A DNA stretch of 64,000 bases from Lepidodermella squamata (Eukaryota > Animalia > Gastrotricha). Below, piece after piece: positions 45,160 to 58,412 of this stretch; position 1 is the first letter of the stretch; each line of letters begins with the position of its first letter. The notes below the pieces were generated by a model that searched no databases, was not told the DNA's origin, and worked only from the letters and a program-made list of their open reading frames with translations. The translations under genes and the position numbers were made by a program. The stretch lies in assembly GCA_047495785.1 (NCBI GenBank), contig JBLDXI010000010.1, positions 2,046,001 through 2,110,000 of the forward strand. Direction: 5' to 3'.

Positions 45160-48100
45160 CCGTCTCGAGACTGAATAGCGCGCGCGCAATGAACAGCAGC
45201 AGCCGAGCAACGGCGGCCAAATGTGCGCGCACGCTGATTGGCCAGCGACTGCGCGACCTCGCGCGCTCATTGGTCGGCCGCGCTAAGCCACGTTGGCACG
45301 CCGCCCCTGGCCGTGCGCGGAATGATGAGCCGCAGCTAAGACGCCGGCGTCGTCGGAACCACCGCTTTTAAGTGCGCCGTCTCATGATGCTGAAGATAAT
45401 AATAGCCGAACAATAACAACAATCGGATGCCGATGGCTTCGATAAACAGGGCGGCTGGTGAGCGCGGGAAATGAATCAAGGCCAATTTCCGCAGTCGATG
45501 TCTGTAAAATTCGATGATTTCCTATAAACAGATACGTAGAGAGGAGACTCTTGATTCACGGGCCATTGAGATAAGATGCGCGTCGACTTGTATTATTATT
45601 ATTGTGGGTCACACACAGGTATGTAGTGCGAGGGGGCCCGGGCGCCGTTTTCGCGCGTTCACCGTCTTAATTATCAACTTTTGTGCGCTGGTGTGCGTGA
45701 TCGGCACAAAAGACGCGCGCAGACGCAATTAACGTGAGCCCCTTGAAGCCGCTCGACGGCTCGAGGGCCGGCTATAATGCGCGCGGACGTGTTCGATAAT
45801 AATATTTTTACCAAAACCGAGGTTGAAAAGGTGTCGCGCGCGTTACACTCGGCTTTCAGACCAGCAATGAAAATTATTATTATACCAACCTGCCTGCCTG
45901 CCTGCCTATAACATTTCAACCGTATTTGACACTTTTTCTTATCATCATCATCTTCATCATCATGATGTCGCGACCTATACTGGTCGTAAAATGCGCGCGC
46001 CATAAAAAGGCCAACAACGCCTCTCAAGTGCGCGCGTGTTGTTTTAATTTGAAAATGAACAAGGCCATCGTGTCGCTTGCTCGCTTGCGAAAGTGAAATA
46101 AAAAATAATCGTAATAAAAAATAGCAGCAGAGCCTCAACAACGATCCGATTACGGTCGTTATTTCGCTCTCAAGAGTGATAGTTGGACTAAGAACAATAA
46201 TAAAAATAATTCCAATTATTGCTACCTGTTGTTGTAACGTGCCTGCCTCGAGTGTTTTGTATGCACCCTGCCGAAGAAAACATCAAAGACGCGGCTTTGT
46301 TGGAATGGGTATTAGTATTTTTTTGTACGCTTGGCTGATTGTTATTACGCGGATAATTCGCGGCTAATCATCAAGTGCATTGACAAGAAAATTATGCCAA
46401 GATTTTGATGTGAAATTTTAAAACGGCGATGACTTTAATGTCAGGTGCATCTCGACGCTCGATTGCTCGTAATGGTGCTTGACCGACAAAAAATGTGTCA
46501 CGAATTACATCAGCTATTCATTTATTCACTGCTTGACGGTTAATTTGAGCTAAAAATACCGGAAATAGGTCATTCGATAAAATTTTACGAAATTTGCTGA
46601 AAAATGATGAATAATAACCGGAAAAATGCAAAAAATATTTAATAAACGTTAGACTAATTTTGAAACTGAAAAATGTACCGATATTTTAATCAAAAAATTT
46701 CAAAAATGATGGGCCTTCAAAATTGGAATTTTTCTAACCAATTTAATAATTCAATTTATTAATTTTTATAATTTATTAGCAATTTTTTATTTAATTCGGG
46801 CAAAAAATGGGAAAATGGGAAATTAATATATTTTTATCTTTTTTATAATTTTATTTTTAACATTTTCTATTCCGTTCTGAATACACGCAACTGTTTAGTT
46901 CATTTGTTACTATTTTTAAATTTGTCTTAATTTTTTATCAGTTTTTGACCTTTCGGCATGAATCTCGAGACGAATTTATAGTGAGTAGTGCGTTTTGAGC
47001 CGCTCTTCTCGCCAACAATCAAGTAATTGAGGCCCCCGCTCTCGTCTCGTTGTGAACACCTTGCCTTGCTGTATTTGAAAACGGCGCGTCGATGGGAACA
47101 CGCACTCGAACACATCGCCGCCACCTGCTAGAAGCATCTCAAGGCGACTGGGACACGCCGCCTCGGTTTCGCCTCGGCGCCGTAATGACGCCATTAGCGT
47201 CGAGAGCGCGCACTCACTCGATCGAACGAACGTGACGCCTTCGCCTCGCCATCGATATAATATACGCAAATATAACTGATGATATATCGATGACTCATTA
47301 CCGCGTTGTGACAACACGCTCTTGACAAAGCTGTTTGTCAACAAACAGAGAGAGAGAGCGGGAGTACCTGTATAACGGGGCAGCGATGACGCCGCGCCAG
47401 GTTTCGAGTGCGCCCGCCTCGGCCAAAAGGCCGTTTCGGGTTCGGCAACCGGGCGCGCGCGACTGGGCGAAAACGGGCGCGCACGCGATTGATACGGCGA
47501 GCGACGACAGGGCGCTGGTTAATTGGTTTCAGTAATAACGTACGCTGGTGGGAACGCGCGACAAGTGCGCGACAAGTCACGCGAGTCTATTACACCCATC
47601 CTATATACTTATTATAGCTATGCAGCGACAGGGCTCGCGCGAGTGCAACGGTAAATTTCGGCTGGAGGTGTCAAAATCTGAGATACTTATAGCGACAGGG
47701 TGACACAAAACGTAAGAAATGAGAAAACCAGGTAGGAAATTTTAAAATCACGCGATAATGCGATGGCGCGCGAAAATCGTAAAAAAATCGAACAACTATG
47801 TCGCGTCTCCACTACGAAATATTTTCCCAACAAATTAGCGCGAAAAATTCTTTCAAACTAAAAATAAGCTTTTAAATAATAAAATCAGAATTTTTATCAA
47901 CATCAACTACCTTTTTGGTACGTATAAAGATTTCAGTTATTCTCCCAAATAAATATTCCAAATTTTCCTGATTAGGATCCCAATCGATTAGGATCCCCAG
48001 CGCAAAATGACTGAAGAGAAAGGAGATTGGGAATAACTTGGTAATTCTGAATAAATTATCCTGTTTTTCGAATAAATTTTCGAACAATTTTTCCGGCCAG

Positions 48101-49400
48101 CCGAGATGTGATTTGAGGTATAATAAAGGCTCGGATCTCCTTCTTCCTAAACAAAAAAATGTAGATTCCTTTCTCGACGATTTTCAAGAAATTTCCTTGT
48201 ATTTTTCTTTCGAATTTTTCACTTTTCCCCGAAAAAAGAACGATAAAAATTACAATATTCCAAATTACGAGTTCAAAAGATGATTCAAAAGTGTAAGAGA
48301 CACATCGAACCTCGAATTGATAGGAAAGGTAAGGATATAGGCAACAAAAAATAAGGAATTCCCAAAATTACCAAAAAGCGTAATTTTGACTCAAGAATCA
48401 GAGTTCGTACCTTTCCTCATTATCTCATTTCCCTCAATTGTTTTATTATTGCCGATTTTCTCTTTAATTTCCGAAATAATTTCTTTCAATATTTTTCGTC
48501 TGAAAAATGGGATGATTTTTTTTCATATTTGCAATATTTCTATTCATTTTCTTCAGTATTGAGGACACCTGTTGTATGATAAGAATTCCATACTCGAAAT
48601 AGGAGATGGAACAAGAGAGCACCTAAGGATGGGTCACTTGGGTCGTTATCAGCATAATAATCACCGTCAATTGTTTAGCCGATGATGACTTTCGAGGCAC
48701 GCGTGTTATAGCGAAAGAGCTAATTAATTACGCGACTTATTATTATTATTATCATTATTATTATAATTATCAAGGGCACGCGCCAAGCGGCCAGATACCA
48801 TAGCGCAATAATTCTAGGATAAACACAAATTTCCGGGCCGATTATCGCGTCAAGTATTTGCCGACGAGGAGGTGGATCGCGGGAAAAGCGGCGGCTTAAG
48901 AGCTGCGCAAACGCGCCGTCAAAGCGCGGGACGCACAGCATCGCAAACATATCATATAGCAGCAGCCAGGAAAATCATCACCGACCGCATACCTACTGTG
49001 TTTATGTACATGGATATGCTATCGTGTTCAACAAACACATCAAGGACTACTTGCTGGGCGCCTTTCGATGACGATGGCGCTGCGTCTTTGTGCGCGCGAC
49101 CCGCCGTTGTAGTCCCGCGCGCAATTAGCCGCGCGCGCGCCCGTATATAATGGCGCACTTGAGCGCGCGCACCTGAAGCGCTTCTTGTTAATTGATGATG
49201 ATGCCTAGGCATGTAATAAAACGCGAACCCATTTTCGGTGAAAGCGGCTGCACTCGAATCTCATTTTTACACAGGGCTTCTCTTCATCGATGATGAGCGA
49301 TGCATTGCTGTTGTAGGTAGTGTTAATTATCAAAGCGGTTCCAGAGTGGTACCGATAAGTGGCGCCCATTAGCCGTTTGTCTCAAATAAATTGTTACATG
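45160..49400. promoter_or_regulatory. Probable Nkx2.2 promoter and upstream cis-regulatory blocks
   Basis: Non-coding CG-rich islands separated by AT-rich spacers; paired ATTGG (CCAAT) boxes at ~45237 and ~45269; several TYAAGTG NK2-type sites. Confidence 0.5.
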
Positions 49401-49700
49401 CGTCCGTTGATGAAATTCTTGAAATAGGCTTCACCTAGTTTCAATTTTGACCCCGATGGCGAGAACATATATGCAAACCCTGAAAAATGTTAAAATTCGA
49501 AAATTTCTCGAGCCAGAAAATTGAATAAATAAAAATGATACTTGAGATTCCGGTGAGATAAAAGAAATTCGAACAAGCTGAGCCGTACCTTTTTTATTAT
49601 CTCTCCTCAACATATTGTGAAAATGTCTTCGAATTTCGCATCTGGTACCGAAATAAATCCTGATAATTAAAAGAGAAGCTTCGAAATGTGAATATATCTA

Positions 49701-50551
49701 GAGCACCCCGCCCTAATTTCGGCCGCTTTTCAAGTTTTTCCTACTTTGCCAGCCAGGAGCCAGGTGAATTTTTAAAAAATATTCAGCAAAAGCAGAATTA
49801 AAGAGGAGTTCTTAGGGTATCGAATGCCGCTTTCCGCAAGTCCGGTCGAAGTTGCTAGCACTCGCACCGTTACTACTACTAACCGAAACTACGGCACTGC
49901 TACGGCTACCGCTACGGCGAGCCATTTCGGCGCCGTAGCGTTTTAAAAATTCGCCCAGATTTGATATTTGCGAAATCTAACCAAACAGCATAGCATAAAT
50001 CGAGGACCTAAATACGAGCGGGACATGAAAGGTCACGTGAACGGTGAAAAAAACCAGGTAGCTGCAAGAGATAGCAGTTTTCTTGTAGATCACGCGTTAA
50101 AAGTTTCACAAAACGAAATAATGTAGTGATCACTGTTCCCTGCGGTCCATGGGATCCCAGCTGTTAGTTGCCCGCCTTTCACCACCTGGTCACCATGGGT
50201 TCCCAAAATTCCCCATAACATAGCATTCTGGCTGATTTTAGAGTAGGGTTTCCCGCCTGATTTCACTTGTTCCGTAGACCCAATTTCCCGAATCACGTTG
50301 TAAATGATTTTCTATAAAACTTATTGTTTGTATAAATGTCATTGCAATTAGTATTTAGCGCACCTACTACTTGGGAAACATCCGATTTACATTCAGCCGA
50401 TGATACTCAGCTGGATACAGCTCTGCCGTAGCGCTATCGTATTTGTGTTATTTTTGTGCTACCATTTTCGTATAATGACGATTTTACCTTGATTTGTGGC
50501 TAATTTTTTAGTCACCCAGACACCCGGCCGGAATTAGGGAACGGGGTGCCC
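49701..50551. mobile_element. Probable TIR MITE with TA flanks
   Basis: TA|GAGCACCCCGCCCTAATTTCGGCCG ... CGGCCGGAATTAGGGAACGGGGTGCCC|TA imperfect inverted repeat. Confidence 0.55.
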
Positions 50552-51014
50552 TAATTTCGGCCGCCTCATCCAGGTACACTAATACTACAAGTTTGGTATC
50601 GTTAGATTTGTCTCATAATAATACGCCGGCCCTTTCTCCTAGCATTAGGCACTTGACGTTACGTTCGCTGAAACTCTCATAGGCGCGGTACACCAGTCGA
50701 TGTGCTGTTGATCAAACGGTGTTGCAAAAGTCCGGCCAAGCCTTTTCTTCAATTCCACCATAGCAACAAGATCTTTCCACTTGGCAGCGTACTTCACTTT
50801 CTTCAAAGTGAATTCGATGATCTCAGATTTTGAGAAATGGCCACGCAGCAGCTTTATGTTGTGCGACTGATCTGGGGAAGCCAGAACATTTTCACCGGAA
50901 GCCGATCTCTACCGTAGTTCTACCGTAGTTCTTACCGTAGCCTTACCGTAGTGAGTACGGTAAAAGCTACGGTACCGTACTCTACGGTACCGCAGTGGGA
51001 AAATGAAAAAAGGA

Positions 51015-51098
51015 TGGTTGGTGATGAGCTTTGAACCCTCAATCCTTAATCACCATCTCCTACGAAGACAGGCACTCTTTCCACTGAGCCATTGGCTG
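51015..51098 (-). pseudogene. tRNA-derived sequence (degenerate)
   Basis: A-box TGGCTCAGTGG, B-box-like GGTTCAAAGC, followed by a T6 run; stems are degenerate. Confidence 0.55.
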
Positions 51099-51256
51099 TC
51101 ATATAATATTGGTCATTTTTTGCGCTTATGTAGGAATTTTTTGGGTTGTTAACTTTTGTTACTTTGGCTAAGTTGCAGCATTGGCAACTTGGTAGGATTG
51201 GTAACATTGGTAACTATTGTTGCGCAATCAATAGCTGCCACATGTTGCAGCTAGTA

Positions 51257-51439
51257 AAACGCTAGTTTTTCGAAAAAGCTATCATGCACAATTTTGGAAA
51301 CGCTAGTTTTTCGAAAAGGCTATCATGCACAATTTTGGAAACGCTAGTTTTTCGAAAAAGCTATCATGCACAATTTTGGAAACGCTAGTTTTTCGAAAAA
51401 GCTATCATGCACAATTTTGGAAACGCTAGTTTTTCGAAA
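51257..51439. repeat. Minisatellite, about 4.5 x 41 bp
   Basis: Unit AAACGCTAGTTTTTCGAAAAAGCTATCATGCACAATTTTGG starts at 51257, 51298, 51339, 51380 and 51421 (partial). Confidence 0.95.
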
Positions 51440-53071
51440 GTGTCCCATGAGTGGTTTTCACGCGTTAGTTTTTTGAAAGTTAGCTTTTAGAATTTTAGTT
51501 TCCAAACAAGACAGTTTTCGAAAAATAAATTTCTAGTTTTCCAGAGAAGTAAGTTTCCATCGGAAAACTACGGTACCGTAGAGCTTTACCGTAGATCTCC
51601 CGTAGTTTTACCGTAGTTCTACCGTAGTGCTACGGTAGAACTACGGTAGAGATCGTATATAGCTGAACCTCGCCGATTTTTTCAACAAAATTAGTTCCTC
51701 CGATTTCATTTGACATTCCCAAAGTCTCGACGGTTGCGATGTTGGCTCGGTGATTGTCGCCGGTCAAGGCGTGTAGACGGATTCCGACGTCAGTTGCTTC
51801 TTGAGCGAGTTTTTCAATGATAGCAACTTGTAACTTGTGGTTCGTACTGCAAATGAAAATGAAGGCGACAGCAAACGCAAATTTGCCTGAGAACGACACT
51901 AACTGGAATAACAAACAAGACTTGGCTATCTCGCCCATTTGGTCTTGCAGCAAATGCGAAAATAGCTTTCCTCCATTCGGCCGACCAAACATGACATCCA
52001 GCTTGCCAACGTAAAACATAGCCTTCCGTGATGACATCTCATCCACTTGAATAACGCAATCGGTCGCACTCTGCTGATCTTTTTCCACAAACTGAAAATG
52101 CAGAAAACGAGTCAGTGGGACGGCTTGGTTCAAGCTAGAGAATACTTACATGTTTCATTATTACAAAAGACACACTGATGATGCCAGGTTCGACTGGTAT
52201 GCGCTGCAGCCAATTGAAAACAGTGCAAGGTACGTTATCATCGAACAGTTCTCGAAGAATGGAAAATGTAGCTCGCCCACACAAAGCCATTGCCACGAAA
52301 AATGCCTGCGATTCAGTATTATAACGTCGACCTTTGGGCTTGCGCGTTGAATTTAAGAGAGCATTTTCAAAGACGCGTAATCCTCGCTCTGGTAGCTTCG
52401 GGGCCGGCTCTTGATGCGTTTAGCTTTTGGGCAAGCCTTTCTTCTTTCCCTTTGTTGCAGTGTTATCAATTTACTACGCACTTCATCAATCGTATCACCA
52501 GGGCGACCTCTTTTTCGAGCTGGTATCGGGGTGTTCACAGACGGTGTTCAACTGCTGCTCATTTATTTTCAATTAAATAATCAAAAATCAATCCAAACGT
52601 TAACATACAGCTTTATTCCACTTCTCACTCCTTTCATTCGAAAACCAAAGCTTCAAGAAAGAGAAATCAACAACGTTCGATTAACTTAAGCTGATACTTG
52701 TAAGGGTAATTAATTGTATAATAGATTAATATTATAGGTACAAACAACAACAATCTCTCAATGCATATGACGTTTCACAACTGAAACATTAATTATACTG
52801 ATATCATTAGACAATAGACCATAAATACCGACCTACTATTGTTTGAGAGTGATTCTTGAATTTCCAGCATAAAATTAATATCAGAATAAAAGAAGTAGCG
52901 ACATCCTAACCCGCTTAGTGAAGCCTCCCGAGTAGTAGCGGGGAAATCATCATGAAACCCGCGTTGCATACTGTACAAGAAGTAGAGAAACACCGAACTC
53001 TTCACCGAATCTCAACGCAGAACTGGCTCGGAAGATTAAGGAATTCAATGCAGCGGCTCTCAGATCACTGT

Positions 53072-54088
53072 TCAGGCTAACGCGGGCAGCTCGAACTCAT
53101 CGATGGAGGCTCCTCTGTTGCGGCGGGTTCCATCGACCAGACACTGCAGGAACACCTGCTCGTCGATGATCGGGTACTGCTGCTCGGATGCGGCTTCGAA
53201 ATCCAACATTTGCCGCAACGCGCGGCCGCTGAGATAAAAGAACTTTGCCGAGCCGAGTCCGCTGTCGAAAAGCTGGCTTTCGTAGTTGGATTTGACTCGA
53301 CGCGCGACATCATTTGCCAAACGCTGGCGGGTCGATACGTCGAGGTCGGAAAATTTCTTCCCGCCAAACTTCTCGTAAGCTTCGTTGTCCAGGTCGACAT
53401 CAGACTTGGAACGAACGAAAATGCACTCTTGGCCCATTTTCTTAGCCTGGAGCCCGTATTCGACGTCGAATTGTGACAACCGGTTGCCAGTCACGATAAC
53501 GAGCGCGTCCATGAAGTATAGGAAGTTGTCGAGGTAATACTTGCCGACGGGATGCTTCGGAGTCATCGCTCCTGGGTGGTCCCAGAAAACGAACGACGAG
53601 TTGAAGTGGCTCACGTACTGCGATGGCGTCTCCGTCGTCTCGACCACTCCAACAGCAACGTTTTGACGCAGGAACGCGTTCAGCAGCGTCGATTTGCCGT
53701 TGCCAGCCCCGCCGATAATTGCAAAGTTGAACTTGCGTGTGTCGAGGTTGTGCGATTTTGCCTTCTGCCGAAGCTTCTCCTGTTCGCGTTGTCGCTCGAC
53801 CTCCAGTGCCGCCAGCTTCTCCTCCTTCTCTTGCTGTAGCCGCCGAGTAACTTTCTCATCTGTGGAAACTTGCATCATCAACTGCAGATGCTCCAACTGC
53901 TGCTTCATAGCCATGAGCTGCGGCGCCATATCCTGTGCAGAAGTACATGCTCTGACTTACGATTCGAATGCGGAGACATGAATAAGACTTACCACGACTG
54001 GATCAGGGGCTTTAGCTTCTGAGCTTGGCATCAACACTTTGATTACTTCCTTCACGGCGGGGATAACAAATCTTTTAAAGACGTCCAT
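53072..54088 (-). CDS. IRG/IIGP-like GTPase copy A (clade 1), 2 exons (54088-53993, 53932-53072)
   Basis: N-terminal coiled coil; G1 NFAIIGGAGNGKSTLLNAF; G2 VGVVETT; G3 WDHPG; G4 FVRSKSD; G5-like YLSG. Confidence 0.88.
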
Positions 54089-54339
54089 TGCTTTTTCCTC
54101 CGACTTCCGAAATTGGAATCAATGATCTAAACATCGAAAATAAATATACTTTTTGATTAGTGTTGTTCTAATGTAAAAGCTCATATCTTGCAGTAAAAGA
54201 TCTTCTGCTAATTGACGTTCAACATATCGTTCGACTATTTGTTCAAAAAATCACGCCGCATTTTGTAAATCAAATCATCAGGAAATCATTAAGTCAAAAA
54301 TGGCTTAGATCAAATCAAACCAAAGTCTGTGCTTAGAAT

Positions 54340-55349
54340 TCATGGCGACACGGGCAGCTGGAACTCATCTATGGAGACTCCTCTGTTCCTGCGAGCTCCC
54401 TCGACCAGGCACTGCAAAAACGACTGCTCGTCAATGAACGGGAACCGTTGCTCAGATGCGGCTTCGAAATCCAACATTTTCTGCAACGCGCGGCCGCTGA
54501 GATAGAAGAACTTTGCCGAGCCGAGACCGTTCTCGAAAAGCTGGCTTTCGTAGTTCGATTTGACTCGCTGAGCAATGTCATTTGCGAAACACTGGCGGGT
54601 TGATTCGTCAAGCTCGTAAAATGTTTTCCCACCATATCTGTCGTGCGCCTCGTTGTCCAGATCGACGTCAGACTTCGAACGGACAAAAATACATTCTTGG
54701 CCCATTTTCTTCGCCTGCAGACCGTATTCAATGTCGAACTCTGACAGCCGGTTGCCAGTCACGATGATCAACGCGTCCATGAAGTATAGGAAGTTGTCGA
54801 GGTAATACTTGCCAGCGGGGTGCTTCGGGGTCATGGCTCCAGGATGGTCCCAGAAAACCAAAGCAGGGTTGAAATAGCTCACGTACTGCGACGGCGTCTC
54901 CGTCGTCTCTACAACTCCGACTGCTACGTTTTGGCGAAGAAACGCGTTGAGCAGCGTTGATTTTCCGCTCCCAGGGCCGCCGATAATTGCAAAGTTGAAC
55001 TTGCTTGTATCGAGGTTGTGCGATTTCGCCTTGCGCCGAAGTTCCTCCTCAGTGCGATTCCGCTCAGCCTCCCGTGCCGCCAGTTTCTCCTTTTTCTCTT
55101 GTTCAAGCCGCTGAATAACTTCCTTATCTTTCGATACGCGCATCATCAACTGCACTTGGTCCAATTGCATTTTCATCGCCGTAAGTTCGGGCGTCGTGTC
55201 CTGTACATAAAATCACGTACGCTCACTGGTATGGGAGAGCGATAAGGTCTTACCACGGCTTGAACAGGGACTTTCGATACTGAGTGTGGCTGCAGCAACT
55301 GTTCAAAGATTGCCAGCCCGGGGCCGGCTAAGGCTGTTGGCAAGTCCAT
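54340..55349 (-). CDS. IRG/IIGP-like GTPase copy B (clade 1), 2 exons
   Basis: Close paralog of A (GGPGSGKST, WDHPG, RSKSD); exon 1 MDLPTALAGPG...VQAV spliced in phase 0. Confidence 0.88.
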
Positions 55350-57419
55350 TCGGTCAACTTGAGTCTAAAATCATGAACATATGTATATATCGTATTAATA
55401 TAATGATTTCACGATCGAACTAAGGAATCGGATTTGACCCAATCTTCTCAGTTCGACTGATTATGCGGAAATAATGTTATTTATCATTATAAACTCACGC
55501 CATTCGATCCAGCTTCCTCTCGTTGATATTTTCCTCGCTGCTGCCCTAATACGGCTGCCAGCGGTTCACTAGAGTCTTGTATTGGAAAAACAAGGCCATA
55601 CGGAGCTTCTGACAAAAATCCGAGCTTGATATGGTTTTAGATTCAGAAATAAGTTGAATACCTTGTTCCGAATTTCCACCTGTGGTCGACATGATTGAAT
55701 TAAAAGGATTCATCTAAAGATATCATGAACAATAGCAGATGTATACAAACCATGATCTGGAAGGATCCCGTCGAGACATCACACATAACATCCATCAAAT
55801 TTCACGCAAAATGTTCATTGAAACATTAAAAATCATCACAAACGATGTTATAACTCAAAAAGTGTACTAGTATATCAGTAAAATAGAAAAACCGCAATGC
55901 CTCACATTTGACGGTATTTCACGGATGCCTGGACTTGGCCCAATGAAAATTACACGCACAAGTGCAAAACCAAGCACAGAATTATATGCTAATCAGTTAG
56001 CCGCTGTCAATTAACGACGAATAACAACACCCAGGTTATGATGTATGGGCAAGCTATGACGCAATGTAACATCCAAAAAATGGTTGTCTGCACTTCATGT
56101 TAGACGTTAGGACTTATCTGTACGTCACGGCGTTTTTTAGCCATCCCTATTTGGGTATCACAATTTTTACCGGAAAATAAACTAGACGTTATAGGAGAAA
56201 TTAGGATGAAAAATCAACCCTGCAACTGCTTTTATTCAGAGGAAATTTACCCTGCAAAATCGAACCCAAAATGGCCAAGTCACCCCCATTTATGCCCTAG
56301 CTCAGATCTTGAGAGGCGCAAAACATCTTTCTCTTTTTCATGAATATAAATTTATGGGTATTTAATCGCTTATTCCGATGCTAGCTCTTAGAGGTGGTGG
56401 ATTTTTCTCTGTTCGTAACTCGTGGATTCATTTTATTTACTTTTTTAATATTTGCTTGATTTTTCTCATTTTTTTCTAATGCTTCATATTTTGCTGCTGC
56501 AGAATAACAGCAGTAAAAAAGAATACACCGAAAAAATTGAGACCAAAATTGCTGGTAAAATTTCTTTTCAACAAAATCTAAATTTAAAATTTAAAATTAA
56601 AATTAAAATTTTAAATTAATTTTCCAAATTTTAAAATAAAAAAATTGGTAGAATTTTGTTTACATAGGTTGTCTTGCCGTCTCTTTTAGAAACAACAAGC
56701 TGAAAGAGACAACAAGAAATAACCCGAGTGCCCCTCCGCTTATTAGTGAGGATGATTCAATGGTAAGAAAGGAAATCGGTGTCAACTGATTTGTTGGAGG
56801 GAGATAGGCCTGATGGGTAGCTATCAGCGCATAAAAAATTAGGCTGATTGGGTGAAAATTGAGCAAGTCGTTTTATCTTAGAAAAAAGCTTATCAAAACT
56901 ATTTAGGGATATCAATTTTCGCGTGCACAGTGCTATCCATTTCGTAAATTTAAAACATTCAACTTTGCCCCTCATTAGTCTTACTTTTTCGTGACCGAAA
57001 ACCTCTTAGTGCGGCGTCCTATCTACGTCACATGAAATATACCTGCGTGTCAGATCTTTCTTATATAATATTTATCCATGGGTGCCAGCGATGCCAGTGA
57101 TTATAATTATCTGGCTCGCGATTAATTCACGGCTTGAACGTTAGTATTGATGGATTGTGTGAAATTCATATTTCACGCATGGCGCGGCGTCGGTTTTTTA
57201 TCTTCTCATGCCTACAGTTTTAATTCATTTGGTCATTAGTTTCAACCAAAATTTAATGATTGCTTGCTTATAAAAACCAGGCTCCCCTTGTCTGCATATT
57301 ATGTTACTAAGCCAAAATATGTTAGCAATTTGTTTTAATATCAAAATTTGTACACTTTTTGCAAAGTATCTTCATATCTTTATAGTTTGAATTCGATTCT
57401 TAACCCTCAGTTTGTTATC

Positions 57420-58412
57420 ATGGGTGGTATTTTCGGAAAACGGCGTCCTGTCATTGAGTATCGAACCCCGCCGGACATTTCGGTATCATGCCAATAATTT
57501 ATTTCAAATTAATGTGACGGTTGTTACCAGATAATGCTTGAAACACTCCAAGCCCAAATAGTGAAATTGCAAAACAGCATCGCGCATGAAAACGACAAAG
57601 CTGTGAAGCAAAAGCTGCTCGAAGACAAGCAACGCATGGAAGATGAGAGAGAGGCGAGGCGCAAGCGAATGGAAGCGGAAATCAAGCAGAAGGCGAAGGA
57701 TTACGGGCTAAACCTGGACAAATTCAACTTCGCCATAATCGGGAACGCTGGCGTTGGCAAGTCAAGCCTAATCAATGCGCTGGTTCCGGGCGCGAAGGCT
57801 CACGTGAGCGTTGTCGAAGGCACAATGAAGCCAACGCCTTACGCTAATAAAGCGTACAACGTCATGTTCTGGGACGTGCCTGGTTCGGCGACGAAAAAGC
57901 ATCCGGTCGCGAGTTATTACGCTGACAACTTCCTGTACTTGATGGATGCGTTGATCATTGCGACTGGCAATCGCCTGTCTGAATTTGATGTTGGGTTCGC
58001 AAAGGAAGCGATTCGCCATGGCCAGAGGGTTGTTTTCGTGAGGTCGAAAGCTGATCTGGATCTAGGCAACGAATACTACGAATTGGAGAATAAATATTGG
58101 GAGGACTGCCCTGTCAATGATCGAAGACGTGTGGCTGACAGCGTCAGAAATAAAATCAAGACCAACTATCGAGACCAATTTCTGGAATACAACGTCGCGA
58201 GAATGAAGGATGGCTCAGAGGTTCCGTTCTATTTCATCAGTTCGCGAACTGTCAAAGAAATTATCGAAGGCGTTGAAACAAGCCGAAGCAAGTGGCCATT
58301 GTTGGATGAGAAGGAGTTTATGAAGGGGCTGTATGATCAGCTTAAGAAAGACGGTGCTTTTCGAAATATTGATCAATTCATTCTTCCCAAGTTTCTTGCT
58401 TCAGATAAGTAA
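57420..58412 (+). CDS. IRG/IIGP-like GTPase copy C (clade 2, N-terminal Gly), 2 exons (57420-57482, 57531-58412)
   Basis: Exon 1 MGGIFGKRRPVIEYRTPPDIS; GNAGVGKSSLINAL, WDVPG, RSKAD, FISS. Confidence 0.88.

Larger units (their letters stand above)
50905..51653. mobile_element. MITE nested in the P-element remnant; contains a tRNA-like cassette and a minisatellite
   Basis: Perfect inverted repeat ATCTCTACCGTAGTTCTACCGTAG / CTACGGTAGAACTACGGTAGAGAT; many subterminal TACCGTA/TACGGTA units. Confidence 0.85.
50600..52538 (-). pseudogene. Degenerate P-element/THAP9-type transposase remnant, interrupted by a nested MITE
   Basis: DCVIQVDEM, AKSCLLFQL, LTGDNHRAN and, beyond the insertion, PDQSHNIKLLR (DxxHxxKxxR). 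Stops and frameshifts occur elsewhere. Confidence 0.8.

Noticed and set aside
45041-49613. Short Arg/Ala-rich ORFs upstream of Nkx2.2
   Set aside because: No recognisable domains or consistent splice structure; expected by chance in CG-rich regulatory DNA.
51257-51439. Regular repeats with an internal palindrome (TTTTTCGAAAAA) that could suggest a CRISPR array
   Set aside because: The units are contiguous 41-bp tandem copies with no unique spacers, there are no cas genes, and the context is eukaryotic.
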